Part shown: positions 49,822 to 59,440 of the stretch, piece after piece
Layout of the letters: the number at the start of each line of letters is the position of its first letter
How positions within the stretch are numbered: position 1 is the first letter of the stretch
Assembly (NCBI GenBank): GCA_958296175.1
Contig: OY282448.1
Coordinates: forward strand, 1,424,472 to 1,488,471
Direction of reading: 5' to 3'
Source: an uncultured Chloroflexota bacterium
GTDB lineage: Bacteria; Chloroflexota; UBA11872
DNA length: 64,000 nt
Program-made: the position numbers and the translations under genes
The notes under the pieces: model-generated
The model's input: the letters and a program-made list of their open reading frames with translations, nothing else
Databases searched by the model: none
What the model was told of the DNA's origin: nothing

Positions 49822-51060
49822 ATGAGTACGCGCACGGCGTCCGTCCACCTGAGCGCGGCTGGGCGCCGCCGCGTGATGGGTGCGCTCTTCGTCTCGCGCG
49901 GCGCAATCGCGGTGGCCTATCTGGCCGGCTTCACCGTGCTCTCCATCGTGGGCGAAAGACTGAGCGGCCAGGTGGCGCTGGCGGGCATTCCGCCGGCGCT
50001 CATCATGGTGGGCCGGGCCATTGGACCGTTGCCGATTTCGCGCGCCATGGACGCCCTGGGGCGCCGGCCGGCCATCGCCGGCGCCTACACGGTGGGGGCC
50101 GGCGGCGCGGTGATTGCCGCCGCGTCGATTGCGGCCGGCTCCTATCCCTGGCTGCTGGTGGGGGCGGTGCTGCTGGGAGTCGCGCGCGCTGCCGCCGACC
50201 TGTCGCGCTATGCGGCCGCCGAAATCTATCCGGCCGAACAGCGCGGGCGCGCCATTGGCCTGATCGTGTTCGCGGCCGTCGCGGGCTCCGTCGGTGGGCC
50301 GCTGCTGGTGATCGCCGCCACCGACCGAGCTGCCCAGGCCGGCCTGGAGGAGAACTCGGGTCCCTGGTTCGCCGCCGCCATGATTCTGGCGTTCGCGGCG
50401 CTGGTCGTGTGGCTGTTCGTGCGGCCGGACCCGCGCGACGCCGCGGTGAGCGACGAGCGGCCCGCGCAGACCGCGCAGACCGCGCAGACCGCGGACGCGC
50501 CGCTCGACCTGCGCGGCGTGTTGACCATGCGCACCGTGCAGGTCGGCGTGCTGGCCATGATCGTCAGCCAGGCCGTCATGACCACCATCATGGTCGTCGC
50601 GCCGCTGCATCTGCACATCAACGCCCACGAGGTGGGCGTCGTTTCGCTGGCGATGACCGTGCACGTGACCGGCATGTTTGCGCTGGCGCCGCTGACCGGG
50701 CGTCTGGTGGACGGGCTGGGGCCGCGGCCGGTCATTCTGGGCGGCGCGGTGCTGCTGGTGGCGGCCAGCGTGCTGGCCACGCTCGACGCCGGCCTGGGCA
50801 CGATGATGCCGGCCCTATTCCTGCTGGGCTACGGCTGGAACGCCTGCTTCGTGGCCGGGTCGACTCTGCTGGCGCGCGGCGTGCCGGCCGGCATCCGCGC
50901 CCGCCTGCAGGGCCGCGTGGAGACGCTGACGGCCGTGGTGGGCGCGCTGAGCGGCGCGGCGTCGGGGCCGCTGCTGGCCGTTGGCGGCGGCATGGGCTGG
51001 GTCGGCGTCGCGGGTCTGGCCGCAGCGCTCGTCTTGCTCGCCGCCCTGCGCTGGCGCTGA
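49822..51060 (+). CDS. MFS transporter
   Basis: About 12 TM segments, RYAAAE and HVTGMFA. TAGACT -10-like box just upstream. Confidence 0.87.
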   Translation: MSTRTASVHLSAAGRRRVMGALFVSRGAIAVAYLAGFTVLSIVGERLSGQVALAGIPPALIMVGRAIGPLPISRAMDALGRRPAIAGAYTVGAGGAVIAAASIAAGSYPWLLVGAVLLGVARAAADLSRYAAAEIYPAEQRGRAIGLIVFAAVAGSVGGPLLVIAATDRAAQAGLEENSGPWFAAAMILAFAALVVWLFVRPDPRDAAVSDERPAQTAQTAQTADAPLDLRGVLTMRTVQVGVLAMIVSQAVMTTIMVVAPLHLHINAHEVGVVSLAMTVHVTGMFALAPLTGRLVDGLGPRPVILGGAVLLVAASVLATLDAGLGTMMPALFLLGYGWNACFVAGSTLLARGVPAGIRARLQGRVETLTAVVGALSGAASGPLLAVGGGMGWVGVAGLAAALVLLAALRWR

Positions 51061-51209
51061 GGCAATCAGGCGCCCCACACGCGCACCACGACGATGCCGC
51101 GCCGCCCTGCGCTGGCGCTGAGGAACCCGCGGGCGCGTCGAACGGCCGCCCGCGGCCGCCGTGCGCCTACAATGCGCGGCGATCGGGCGTTGACGAGAGG
51201 ACACCAGCC

Positions 51210-52295
51210 GTGCCGCAGCTCTGGGGCCGACACTTCACCCGCGCCGACCTCATGGCGCGGATTGGCGACGTCTCGCAGGTGGGCGGGGTGCGCGCCTCGC
51301 GGCTGGACGGCGGCCCCGGCGACGGACTGCCGCTGGTGGACCTCGACACCGGCGCGGGTCTGCGGTTCACGGTCGTTCCCGGCCGCGCGCTCGACATTTC
51401 GGCCGCGTGGTTCAACGACGTGCCGCTGGGCTACCGCACCCCCACGGGCGAGGTGGACGGCGCGCGCTACGAGCCGCAGGGCTGGGGGTGGATTCGCTCC
51501 ACCGTGCTCGGTCTGCTGGTCACCGGCGGCCTGGACAACGTGGGCAACCCCGCGTCCGAGTCCGACGCGTTCTTTGCGCGCGAGTTCGGCCTGCACGGGC
51601 GCTTGTCCAACCTGGCGGCCAGCAACGTGTCCGCCGACGGCGAATGGCGCGGCGACGATTACGAGATGTGGGTGCAGGGCCGTGTGCGGCAGGCGGCGCT
51701 GATGGGCGAGAATCTGGAACTCAAGCGGCGCATCTCCACCTCGCTCGGCGCAACCTCCCTGCGGATTCACGACGAAGTGACCAACCTGGGCGCCGCGCCC
51801 GAACCGGTCATGATTCTCTACCACGTCAACCCCGGCTATCCGGTGCTGGACGACGGCGCCCGCCTGCACGTGCGCAGCCGTTCGCGGCGGCCGTACGACG
51901 AGCATTCCGCCTCGCTGGAGGCAGAGTGGGCAACCTACGGCCCGCCCACGCCCGGCTGGCGGCAGGCCGTGTGGATGCACGACGCGGCGCCCGACGCCGA
52001 GGGCCGCGTGCACGCCGCCCTGGTCAACCGCAGGTTCCGCGGTGGGATTGGCCTGGGGTTGACCTACCGCAAAGACCAATTGCCGCACCTGAACCAGTGG
52101 AAGATGACGTCCGCCGGGGAATACGTGACGGGCATAGAACCGGGCAACTGCACGGTGCTGGGGCGCGAAACCAACCGGGCCGACGGCACCTTGCAAGTGC
52201 TGGACCCCGGCGAGACGGCCGAATTCGATCTGGACCTCTCGGTGCTGGACGGCGCAGAGGCCATCGACCAATTTCTTGCCCGCGTTGGCGCCTGA
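51210..52295 (+). CDS. Aldose-1-epimerase-like protein (DUF4432 type)
   Basis: RBS GAGAGGA. RALDI, LLVTGGL..VG, LHGRLSN, LYHVNPGYP and TGIEPG. Confidence 0.85.
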   Translation: MPQLWGRHFTRADLMARIGDVSQVGGVRASRLDGGPGDGLPLVDLDTGAGLRFTVVPGRALDISAAWFNDVPLGYRTPTGEVDGARYEPQGWGWIRSTVLGLLVTGGLDNVGNPASESDAFFAREFGLHGRLSNLAASNVSADGEWRGDDYEMWVQGRVRQAALMGENLELKRRISTSLGATSLRIHDEVTNLGAAPEPVMILYHVNPGYPVLDDGARLHVRSRSRRPYDEHSASLEAEWATYGPPTPGWRQAVWMHDAAPDAEGRVHAALVNRRFRGGIGLGLTYRKDQLPHLNQWKMTSAGEYVTGIEPGNCTVLGRETNRADGTLQVLDPGETAEFDLDLSVLDGAEAIDQFLARVGA

Positions 52296-52701
52296 CGTCC
52301 GCACGCACGTCGAAACCCTGCGCGTGCGCTACTCCGACGCCGACGCGCAGGGAATCGTGCATCACTCCAACTACTTCCGCTGGCTGGAGGAGGCGCGGCT
52401 GGGATGGCTGGCGGCCATCGGGCACCCCTACGCCGCTCTGACGCGCCGCGGCCTCTTCATGCCAGTCACAACGTGCAGCTGCCGCTTCCTGGCGCCGGTG
52501 CGCGCGGAGGAGTGCGTGGACGTGCGCCTGACGCTGACCGCCGTCTCGCGCGCGCGGGTCGCATTCAAATACGCCGTGCGCTGCGGCGGGCGGCTGGCCG
52601 CCACCGCCGCCACCGCGCACGCCTACGTGAACGCCGCCGGACGCCCGATGCGCCTCACCCGCGGCGACCCGTTCTGGCAGACGCTTGGGACGGCCGCGTG
52701 A
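52276..52701 (+). CDS. Acyl-CoA thioesterase (YbgC/4HBT family); start uncertain
   Basis: VRYSDADAQGIVHHSNYFRWLEEAR. Confidence 0.85.
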   Translation: MPALAPDVRTHVETLRVRYSDADAQGIVHHSNYFRWLEEARLGWLAAIGHPYAALTRRGLFMPVTTCSCRFLAPVRAEECVDVRLTLTAVSRARVAFKYAVRCGGRLAATAATAHAYVNAAGRPMRLTRGDPFWQTLGTAA

Positions 52702-52765
52702 GCGCGGCGGCCGTGCGCTGGCACGCGTTGGCGGCGTCGTCTCGGCAGGGGGAGGCCGCGCGGCC

Positions 52766-53302
52766 ATGACGCGCCCCGCGCCGCCGCCCCGCCCCTTCAC
52801 GGTGTTCCTGTCCGGCATCATCCAGGGGTCCCGCACGGACGACGCGCATCACGCCCAGGATTACCGCGAAGCCTTGCGCGCCGTCATCACCGCCGCGCAT
52901 CCTGAGGCGCAGGTCGTCTGCCCCGTCGAACTGAACCCCAGCTCGGCCGACTACGACGACGACGCGGCGCGCGGCGCCTTCATGCGCGAGATCGAGCTTG
53001 CCGCCGCGGCCGACGTGACCGTGGCCTACGCGCCCGTGGCCACGATGGGCACGGCCGTGGAAATGTATCGGGCCTTTGCGGAAGGCCGTCCGGTCTTCAC
53101 GATTTCTCCCATGGCGCACAACTGGGCGGTGCGCTTCCTGTCGACGCAGGTGTTCGACGACCTGGCGGCGTTCACCGCCTTCGTGCACGGCGGCGGCCTC
53201 GCCCGCGCCGCTGCCCCCGGCTCGACCGAACCGACCGAACCGGCCGAACCGACCGAACCGGCCGAGCCGCCGGACACGCCCCGCCCGCCGGATTCCGACT
53301 GA
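52766..53302 (+). CDS. Nucleoside 2-deoxyribosyltransferase-like fold protein
   Basis: VFLSG, VVCP, ADVTVAY and GTAVEM. 9-bp EPT/EPA repeats at the C-terminus. Confidence 0.6.
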   Translation: MTRPAPPPRPFTVFLSGIIQGSRTDDAHHAQDYREALRAVITAAHPEAQVVCPVELNPSSADYDDDAARGAFMREIELAAAADVTVAYAPVATMGTAVEMYRAFAEGRPVFTISPMAHNWAVRFLSTQVFDDLAAFTAFVHGGGLARAAAPGSTEPTEPAEPTEPAEPPDTPRPPDSD

Positions 53303-53472
53303 CCGCAGGCGCTTCGTTTCCCTCGGCCAGCGCTTCCCTCGGCCTCTAGCGAGGGTGCGGGGCACACGCGCCGCGCGGGAACCATCTCTCTGACGCTGAT
53401 CGACTCGGAGGCCGCGCACACGCCCCGCGCGGGGCGCGGGGCGCGGGGCGCGGGAACGATGCGGCAGGGGTG

Positions 53473-54192
53473 TTAGTTGGGGTGGAAGTGGTTCTGCACC
53501 ACGTGGCGCAGCAGGTCTTCGGTGCACTCGCGGCAGTAGACGGCGCGGCGGTCGTGCTCCTCGCGGCCCAGGTCCAGCCATTGCGCCGCGTTGGCCGCAA
53601 AGCGCATGGCGCAGAGGTTTTGGCAGGCCAGGCTGCCGCGCACCGCGTCCACGTTGGTCGTGCGCGCCGGGGAGGGCAGCTCCAGCACGCGGCCAAAGCC
53701 GTGCAGCGCCAGGCGGCGCAGCGCCACGCGGCGCAGGGCCGGGTCGGCAATCGCGCGCAGCCGGTGCAGCGAGACCACGCAGCCCAGGTTGGCCCGAAAG
53801 CTCACGAACACGTGCGGGTCGCTCTGCGGCGCGATGTTGTGCTGCGGCTCGTCGCGCAGGTCCTGCTCCAGAATCGCCACGTCGTAGTGCGGCCCCACCT
53901 GCTGCCAGGGCTCGTGCTCCATCACGCGCAGGAAGCGCGGCCCCACCACGTGGCTCTCGTCCTCGCTGAGGCTCTGGCTCACGTACCACTGCGAGCTCCA
54001 GTAGGGCGAGTCTTTGGGCGCTTGCGGAATCATCCAGGTGCCAAACGGGCGCAGGCGCGAGCGTTCCACGCTGAAGCCGGCCCGCAGGCCCAGCACCACG
54101 GCAATCTCCTGCACGTGCGCAATGGTCGAGACGATGGTCTCGGCCTCCCACGCCTCCACGCCGGGCGTCCATTGAAACGAAATGGCTTTCAT
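53473..54192 (-). CDS. Archaemetzincin-like protein with a degenerate zinc-protease motif
   Basis: HGFGR in place of HExxH. CQNLCAM and CREC cysteines retained. Confidence 0.55.
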   Translation of the reverse strand: MKAISFQWTPGVEAWEAETIVSTIAHVQEIAVVLGLRAGFSVERSRLRPFGTWMIPQAPKDSPYWSSQWYVSQSLSEDESHVVGPRFLRVMEHEPWQQVGPHYDVAILEQDLRDEPQHNIAPQSDPHVFVSFRANLGCVVSLHRLRAIADPALRRVALRRLALHGFGRVLELPSPARTTNVDAVRGSLACQNLCAMRFAANAAQWLDLGREEHDRRAVYCRECTEDLLRHVVQNHFHPN

Positions 54193-54297
54193 GGGCGGCC
54201 GGCGTCCCTGCGCGGCCCCGCGGCCGCCGCGTGCGTCGTCATGGCGTGAGTATGCCGCCTCGCGTCGTTCATACTGTGCCGAGTATGCGACGCCAAC

Positions 54298-56067
54298 GTG
54301 GAAAACGTGCGAACCAGCGCCGCTGACGGCGTGATGGCCGTGGATTTGGGGCCGAACGTGCGGGTAGGCGTTTACACGCCCGGCCCGGCGGGATACCGCA
54401 TGCTGGCGGTCGGGTCCGCGCCGTCCACGCTGGACGCGCCGCACTTCGATCTGACGCCGGCCTACGAAGCCGCGCTGACCGACGCCGCCAGCCGCGGCGG
54501 CAGCTTTGCGTTCCCGCAGCCGCCCTACGACGCGCCGCTGGCCGACCGCGCGCCGGCCGCGGCCGCAATCACTGGCGACGGCGTGGCCAGCGGGCCCAGC
54601 GTGTTTCTCTTCAGCGACCTGGGCGTGCGCGACCTGGACGCGCTGATCGGGCTGCTGCACGAGGCGGGCTTCACCGACGCCGGGCGGGCCGGAGCGGCGG
54701 TGCGCGGCTTCCGCGACCGCGTGGACGGGCCGGCCGCGGTGCGGAACATCGCCGCGCGCGCGCCCGACCTCATTCTGATTGCCCTGGCCAACGACACCGC
54801 CGGGGACAGCCTGGACTACGTCATCGACTTGCTGGTTGCGGGCCTTGCCGGCCACGAGGCGGGCTATCGGCCGCGCGTGACGGTGCTGCACGGCGGCTCG
54901 CCGCCGGCCGCCGCGCTGGAACGGCTGCACGCGGTGCTGCCCACGGCCGTGCACCGCATGCACGGCGGCACGCCAACCGAACCGCTAGACCTGGAAGTGC
55001 CGGGCGTGGCCTTGCACGACGCGGCGCGCGCCGTGCACCGCGCGCACTGGGCCGGGCGCGGCCTGCCGCCCCGCCTGGCGCGCGCGCCGCACGTGGCGCG
55101 TGCTTCCGCGCTGCAGGCGGCGGCCCGCGCGCTCAGCGCCAGCCAGGAGCTGGGCGTCGGCGTGGTGTCGTTCGACGCCGCCGACGTGACGGCCGTCACC
55201 GCCCGCGGCTCCGCGACCCAGCTGACGCGCAGCGCCGCGGCCCGTGCGCCGTCCCGCGCGTTCCATCTGGGGCTGTCCACCCCCATCGACCGCGTGGCCC
55301 GCTGGACCACCGAAGAACTCCTGCCGGAGACCCTGCACGGCTTCGTGTTCGAGCAGACGGCGCACCCGACGTCCATTCCCACCACCACGTTCGCCTTGCA
55401 GCTGGCGCATGCGGTGTGGGCCGCCGCCGCGCGCGACGCGCTGCGCCGCACCGCGTCCGGCAGCGCCAACGAGGAGCAGGCCGTCGATCTGGCGGTAATG
55501 ACCGGCGACGTGACGCGCACCATCGCGCGCCCCATGCAGGCCGCGCTGCTGCTGATCAACAGCCTGGAGCTGGCGGGCATAACGCAGCTGGCGCTGGACG
55601 CCGCCAACGGGCTGGCCATGAGCGGCGCCCTGCTGCAAACCGGGCGCACCGTTGCCGTGGAGTCGTCGCTGATCCAGCTGGGCGCATGCGTGGCGCTGCG
55701 CGGCGAGGCGTCGCCCGGCGACGCGGCCGTGGCCGTAGAAGTGCTGCCGGCCGGCGCGGCGCCAATCGAACGCGAAGTCAGCGCCGGCGCGCTCGACGTG
55801 ATTCAGTGGGAGCCGGGGGTGGAGGCCAGCGTGCGTTTGTGGCCCTCTCCCAAGTTCGACGTGGGCCTGGGGTACGGCCGGCCCGTGCATCTGCGCGCGC
55901 CGCTCGCGTCCGGCAGCGTGGGGCTGGTCGTGGACGCGCGCGGCCGCCCCCTGGTCTGGCCCGAGGACGCCGACGTGCGCCAGGCGCGCACCGAACAGTG
56001 GTATCGGGCGCTGAACGCCTACGCCACGGCACAGCCCCGCCGCCGCCAGGCCTCCCATGCCGCCTGA
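54298..56067 (+). CDS. GlmL/MutL (glutamate mutase L)-like protein
   Basis: N-terminal AVDLG, PDLILIA, and a C-terminal GLVVDARGRPL segment typical of GlmL-like proteins. Divergent. Confidence 0.55.
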   Translation: MENVRTSAADGVMAVDLGPNVRVGVYTPGPAGYRMLAVGSAPSTLDAPHFDLTPAYEAALTDAASRGGSFAFPQPPYDAPLADRAPAAAAITGDGVASGPSVFLFSDLGVRDLDALIGLLHEAGFTDAGRAGAAVRGFRDRVDGPAAVRNIAARAPDLILIALANDTAGDSLDYVIDLLVAGLAGHEAGYRPRVTVLHGGSPPAAALERLHAVLPTAVHRMHGGTPTEPLDLEVPGVALHDAARAVHRAHWAGRGLPPRLARAPHVARASALQAAARALSASQELGVGVVSFDAADVTAVTARGSATQLTRSAAARAPSRAFHLGLSTPIDRVARWTTEELLPETLHGFVFEQTAHPTSIPTTTFALQLAHAVWAAAARDALRRTASGSANEEQAVDLAVMTGDVTRTIARPMQAALLLINSLELAGITQLALDAANGLAMSGALLQTGRTVAVESSLIQLGACVALRGEASPGDAAVAVEVLPAGAAPIEREVSAGALDVIQWEPGVEASVRLWPSPKFDVGLGYGRPVHLRAPLASGSVGLVVDARGRPLVWPEDADVRQARTEQWYRALNAYATAQPRRRQASHAA

Positions 56068-57151
56068 ACCGCTGCGCCGCGGCGCCCTGCCCTGCGCGGT
56101 GTTGGCCGGCCGTCTGCGCCGCCGCCACACGCTGCCGTCCGCCGGGCGCCTGCTGGTGGAGGCCGGCGACGCCGTGCGCGTGGGCCAGCTCTGGGGCCGC
56201 TGCCGGCTGCGCCGCGGCGTGGACGTGGTGGACCTGCCGCGGCTCTTGCGCGTGCAGACGGACGAGGCGCAGCAGCTGCTGGCCGTTAGCGTGGGCGCCG
56301 TGGTGGAGGAAGGAACCCTGCTGGCCAGCACCTCCGGCAAGATGCGCACCGGCCGCCAGTGGACCGCCCCCTCGCGCGGGACGCTGGCCGACGTCAGCCC
56401 GCGCACCGGCGTGGCCGTGTTCGTGCGCGAGACCCGCGAAGTGGCGCTGCACTGCGTGCTCACCGGCGTGGTGACCTGGGTGGACCCCGCCGAGGGACTG
56501 GTGGTGGAAGGCGACGGCGTGGCCGTGGCCGCCGCCTTGGGCGGCGGCGGGCGCGTCAACGCCCCGCTGCGGTTCATCGAGTCGGGCGAACAGCCCGACC
56601 GCGGCGCTGACGGCGGCGCGGCCCAGGTGCTGGTTACGCCCGAGCCGTTGCGCGCCGACTGGCTGCGCCGCGCCCTGGAAGTTCAGGCGGCCGGCATCGT
56701 CGCGCCTTCCACCAACGCCGAGATCGCCAGCGGCGTTGGCCTTGCGCCCGCGCTGGCCGGGTTTTCCCCAGCGGACGATGCCTTCGAGCAGCCGCCCATG
56801 CCCCTGGTCCTGACCGAGGGCGTCGGGTTCGCCCGCATGCCGCGGGTGTTGCAAGACACGTTCCGCGCGGCCGAGGGCGAGGTGGTGACGGTGATAGGGG
56901 CCCGCCGGCCGGGGCAGTCGGAAGTCCTGCTGCCCGCGTCGGTCGTGCCCGTGGTGCAGCGCCGCGCCGCCGCGGGTCCCGCCGTGCGGGTGGCCAGCGG
57001 CCCGCGGGTTGGAACCGAAGGCGTGGTGTTGGCCGCCGCGCCGGACATCGGCCGCGCCCCGTCGGGCGTGGCCGCCGCGTTCGTGCGCATCCGGCAGGCG
57101 GAAGGCGGCGTCGCCGCCCTGCCGGCGCTCAATCTCGCCACGCTGACCTGA
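56057..57151 (+). CDS. Hypothetical protein overlapping the GlmL-like gene (biotinyl/hybrid-like segment)
   Basis: RRRHTLPSAGRLLVEAGDAV, VVEEGTLLA, APSRGTL and LVLTEGVG. Overlaps the upstream stop. Confidence 0.7.
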   Translation: MPPEPLRRGALPCAVLAGRLRRRHTLPSAGRLLVEAGDAVRVGQLWGRCRLRRGVDVVDLPRLLRVQTDEAQQLLAVSVGAVVEEGTLLASTSGKMRTGRQWTAPSRGTLADVSPRTGVAVFVRETREVALHCVLTGVVTWVDPAEGLVVEGDGVAVAAALGGGGRVNAPLRFIESGEQPDRGADGGAAQVLVTPEPLRADWLRRALEVQAAGIVAPSTNAEIASGVGLAPALAGFSPADDAFEQPPMPLVLTEGVGFARMPRVLQDTFRAAEGEVVTVIGARRPGQSEVLLPASVVPVVQRRAAAGPAVRVASGPRVGTEGVVLAAAPDIGRAPSGVAAAFVRIRQAEGGVAALPALNLATLT

Positions 57152-57408
57152 CCCCGGCGCCGCGCCTGCCGATAGCTCGGCGCTGCCCGCGCCGCTGCGG
57201 CGAAGGCGCCCCCGCGCGCATGCCGCGCCTGATTGCTGCGCCTGCGAGATTCCCGCGGCCGCGGGGATGACGATGACGGGAATGCGGCTGCATGCGTGGG
57301 GTGCAAGGGCGGGGCGTCGGGCCGCCGACTGACATGGAGGAGCCGACGCTCGGTCGATCGGCGCCGCGAGTGCCGCGCCGCGCACGGCTCGCCCTCGAAC
57401 GGTGCGCG

Positions 57409-59118
57409 CTACATCCGCTCCGGCGCGTCGATCCCCAGCAGCCGCAGCCCGTTGGCCAGCACGTGCCGCACCGCCTGCACCAGCTCCAGCCGCCGCGCCG
57501 TCAGCGCCGCGTCCGCGGTCACCACGCGGTGCTTGTTGTAGTAGGCGTGAAACGCGCGCGCGTAGTCCAGCAGGAAATGGGTCACGCGGTGCGGTTCTCG
57601 GTTCTGGGCGGCGTCCGCCACGATCTCGGGAAAGGCCAGCGACAGGCGCGCCAGCGCCGCGTCGTCGTCGGTCAGCGCGCCCGCGCCCGAAGCCGCGGCC
57701 GTGCTGTCGGACGCGCCCGCGCCCGAAGCCGCGGCCGTGCCGTCGGACGCTTCCGCGGCCGCCGCCGTGCGCTGGATTCCCGCGCAGCGCGCGTGGGCCA
57801 TCTGGATGTAGTAGACCGGGTTTTCGGGGTCTTGGCGCTTGGCCAGCTCCAGGTCGAACTCCATCTGGCTGTCGATTGCCTTGGACAGGAAGAAATAGCG
57901 CGTGGCCGCGGGGCCCACGTCGTCCAGCACCTCGCGCAGCGGCACGAACTTGCCGCTGCGCTTGCCCTGGCGGCCCAGCGCGCCGTCCGTGCGAATGCCC
58001 ACCATCTGGGTGACCAGGATTTCCAGCTGCGCGGCGCTGGCGTCCATGTCCAGCGCCTCCATCGCCGCCTTCATGCGCGGCACGTGGCCGTGGTGGTCGG
58101 CGCCCCAGACGTCGATAACCCGCTCGAACTGGCGCGTCTCGAACTTGTCGCGGTGATAGGCGATGTCGGCGGCGAAGTAGGTGGGGTCGCCGCGGGAGCG
58201 CACCAGCACGTTTTCGCGGTCTTCCATGCCGGCGCCGCCCACGAACCACACCGCGCCGTCGCGGCGCGCCACGTAGCCGTTGGCCTCCAGCGTGGCCAGC
58301 GCCCGCGCCACCTCGCCGCGCGCGCGCAGGTCGTGTTCGGAGAACCAGACGTCGAATTCGATCCCCAGGTCGTCCAGGTCCCGGCGAATCTCCGCCAGCC
58401 CAATCCCCACCGCGCGCGCTTCGAAGGCGGCGGCGTCGGCGGCCGCGCCGCCGCCCAGCCAGCGCGGCCCGTCCTCGCGGGCGATCTGCGCGCCCCAGGC
58501 CGCCGCGTATGCGCCCTGATAGCCGTCGGCGGGAAACGGCGCCTGCGCGTCGAACACGGCGGCGTAGTGGTGGTAAACGCTCTGCCCCAGGACTTCGACC
58601 TGGTGGCCGGCGTCGTTGACATAATATTCGCGCGTCACGTCGTGCCCCGTGGCTTCCAGCAGGCGCGCCAGCGCGTCGCCCACCACGCCCCCGCGCCCGG
58701 CGCCGGCGGTCAGCGGGCCGGTGGGGTTGGCGCTCACGAATTCGACCTGCACGCGAGCGCCCCCGCCCTGGTCGGAACGGCCGAACGCCGGCCCGGCCGC
58801 GTTGACGGTCTGAATCTGGTCGAACACCCAGGCGTCGTCCAGCCACACGTTGATGAAGCCGGGCCCGGCAACCTCGGCGCGGCGCACCAGCGGCGAGGGC
58901 GGCAGGTGCGCCAGAATGGCCTCGGCAATGGCGCGCGGCGGCGCCCTCACGATGCGCGCCAGCCGCAGGGCCTCGGCGCTGGAATAGTCCGCCAGCTCGT
59001 CGTCGCGCCGCTCCACCGCGAACGCAACCGCCGGCGCGGCGCCAACCTCCCCGGCCGCCTGGGCCGCAGACAGCCCCTCGGCCAGCAACGCCGACAGCCG
59101 ATTCCCAATCATTGGCAT
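57409..59118 (-). CDS. argS: Arginine--tRNA ligase
   Basis: AGPGFIN, EFVSANPTGPL, REYYVND, TYFAADIAYH, WGADHHG, GKRSG and NPVYYIQMAHAR. Confidence 0.95.
   Translation of the reverse strand: MPMIGNRLSALLAEGLSAAQAAGEVGAAPAVAFAVERRDDELADYSSAEALRLARIVRAPPRAIAEAILAHLPPSPLVRRAEVAGPGFINVWLDDAWVFDQIQTVNAAGPAFGRSDQGGGARVQVEFVSANPTGPLTAGAGRGGVVGDALARLLEATGHDVTREYYVNDAGHQVEVLGQSVYHHYAAVFDAQAPFPADGYQGAYAAAWGAQIAREDGPRWLGGGAAADAAAFEARAVGIGLAEIRRDLDDLGIEFDVWFSEHDLRARGEVARALATLEANGYVARRDGAVWFVGGAGMEDRENVLVRSRGDPTYFAADIAYHRDKFETRQFERVIDVWGADHHGHVPRMKAAMEALDMDASAAQLEILVTQMVGIRTDGALGRQGKRSGKFVPLREVLDDVGPAATRYFFLSKAIDSQMEFDLELAKRQDPENPVYYIQMAHARCAGIQRTAAAAEASDGTAAASGAGASDSTAAASGAGALTDDDAALARLSLAFPEIVADAAQNREPHRVTHFLLDYARAFHAYYNKHRVVTADAALTARRLELVQAVRHVLANGLRLLGIDAPERM
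57677..57748. repeat. 36-bp tandem duplication inside argS
   Basis: GCGCCCGCGCCCGAAGCCGCGGCCGTGC(T/C)GTCGGAC x2. Confidence 0.85.
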
Positions 59119-59440
59119 GAAAAGCGAACGACGGCGCCCGCAGCGCCGCCAGCGTACCGATCGAGTATAGCGAGACAGGGCGGCCCCCCACGGCTTCGGC
59201 CGCGCCGCCGCGCCGCCGTCCCGCCTGCGGAACGTCCCCGCCGGCGCGCGCCCCGTCGCAGCGAGTCAGCGCCGCTTTCCCGCCAGGGGAGCGGGGTATG
59301 ACCTCGTCATTCCGGCGCACGCCAGAAGTCATCGTCACCGTCGACAGGTTCGGCCAGACTTCGGACGGGCGCAGCCCGCCCCGGCAGCGATCGATGCCCA
59401 GGCCGTTGGGAGACCGGAGGGAACCGCCGGCGAAGAGCGC

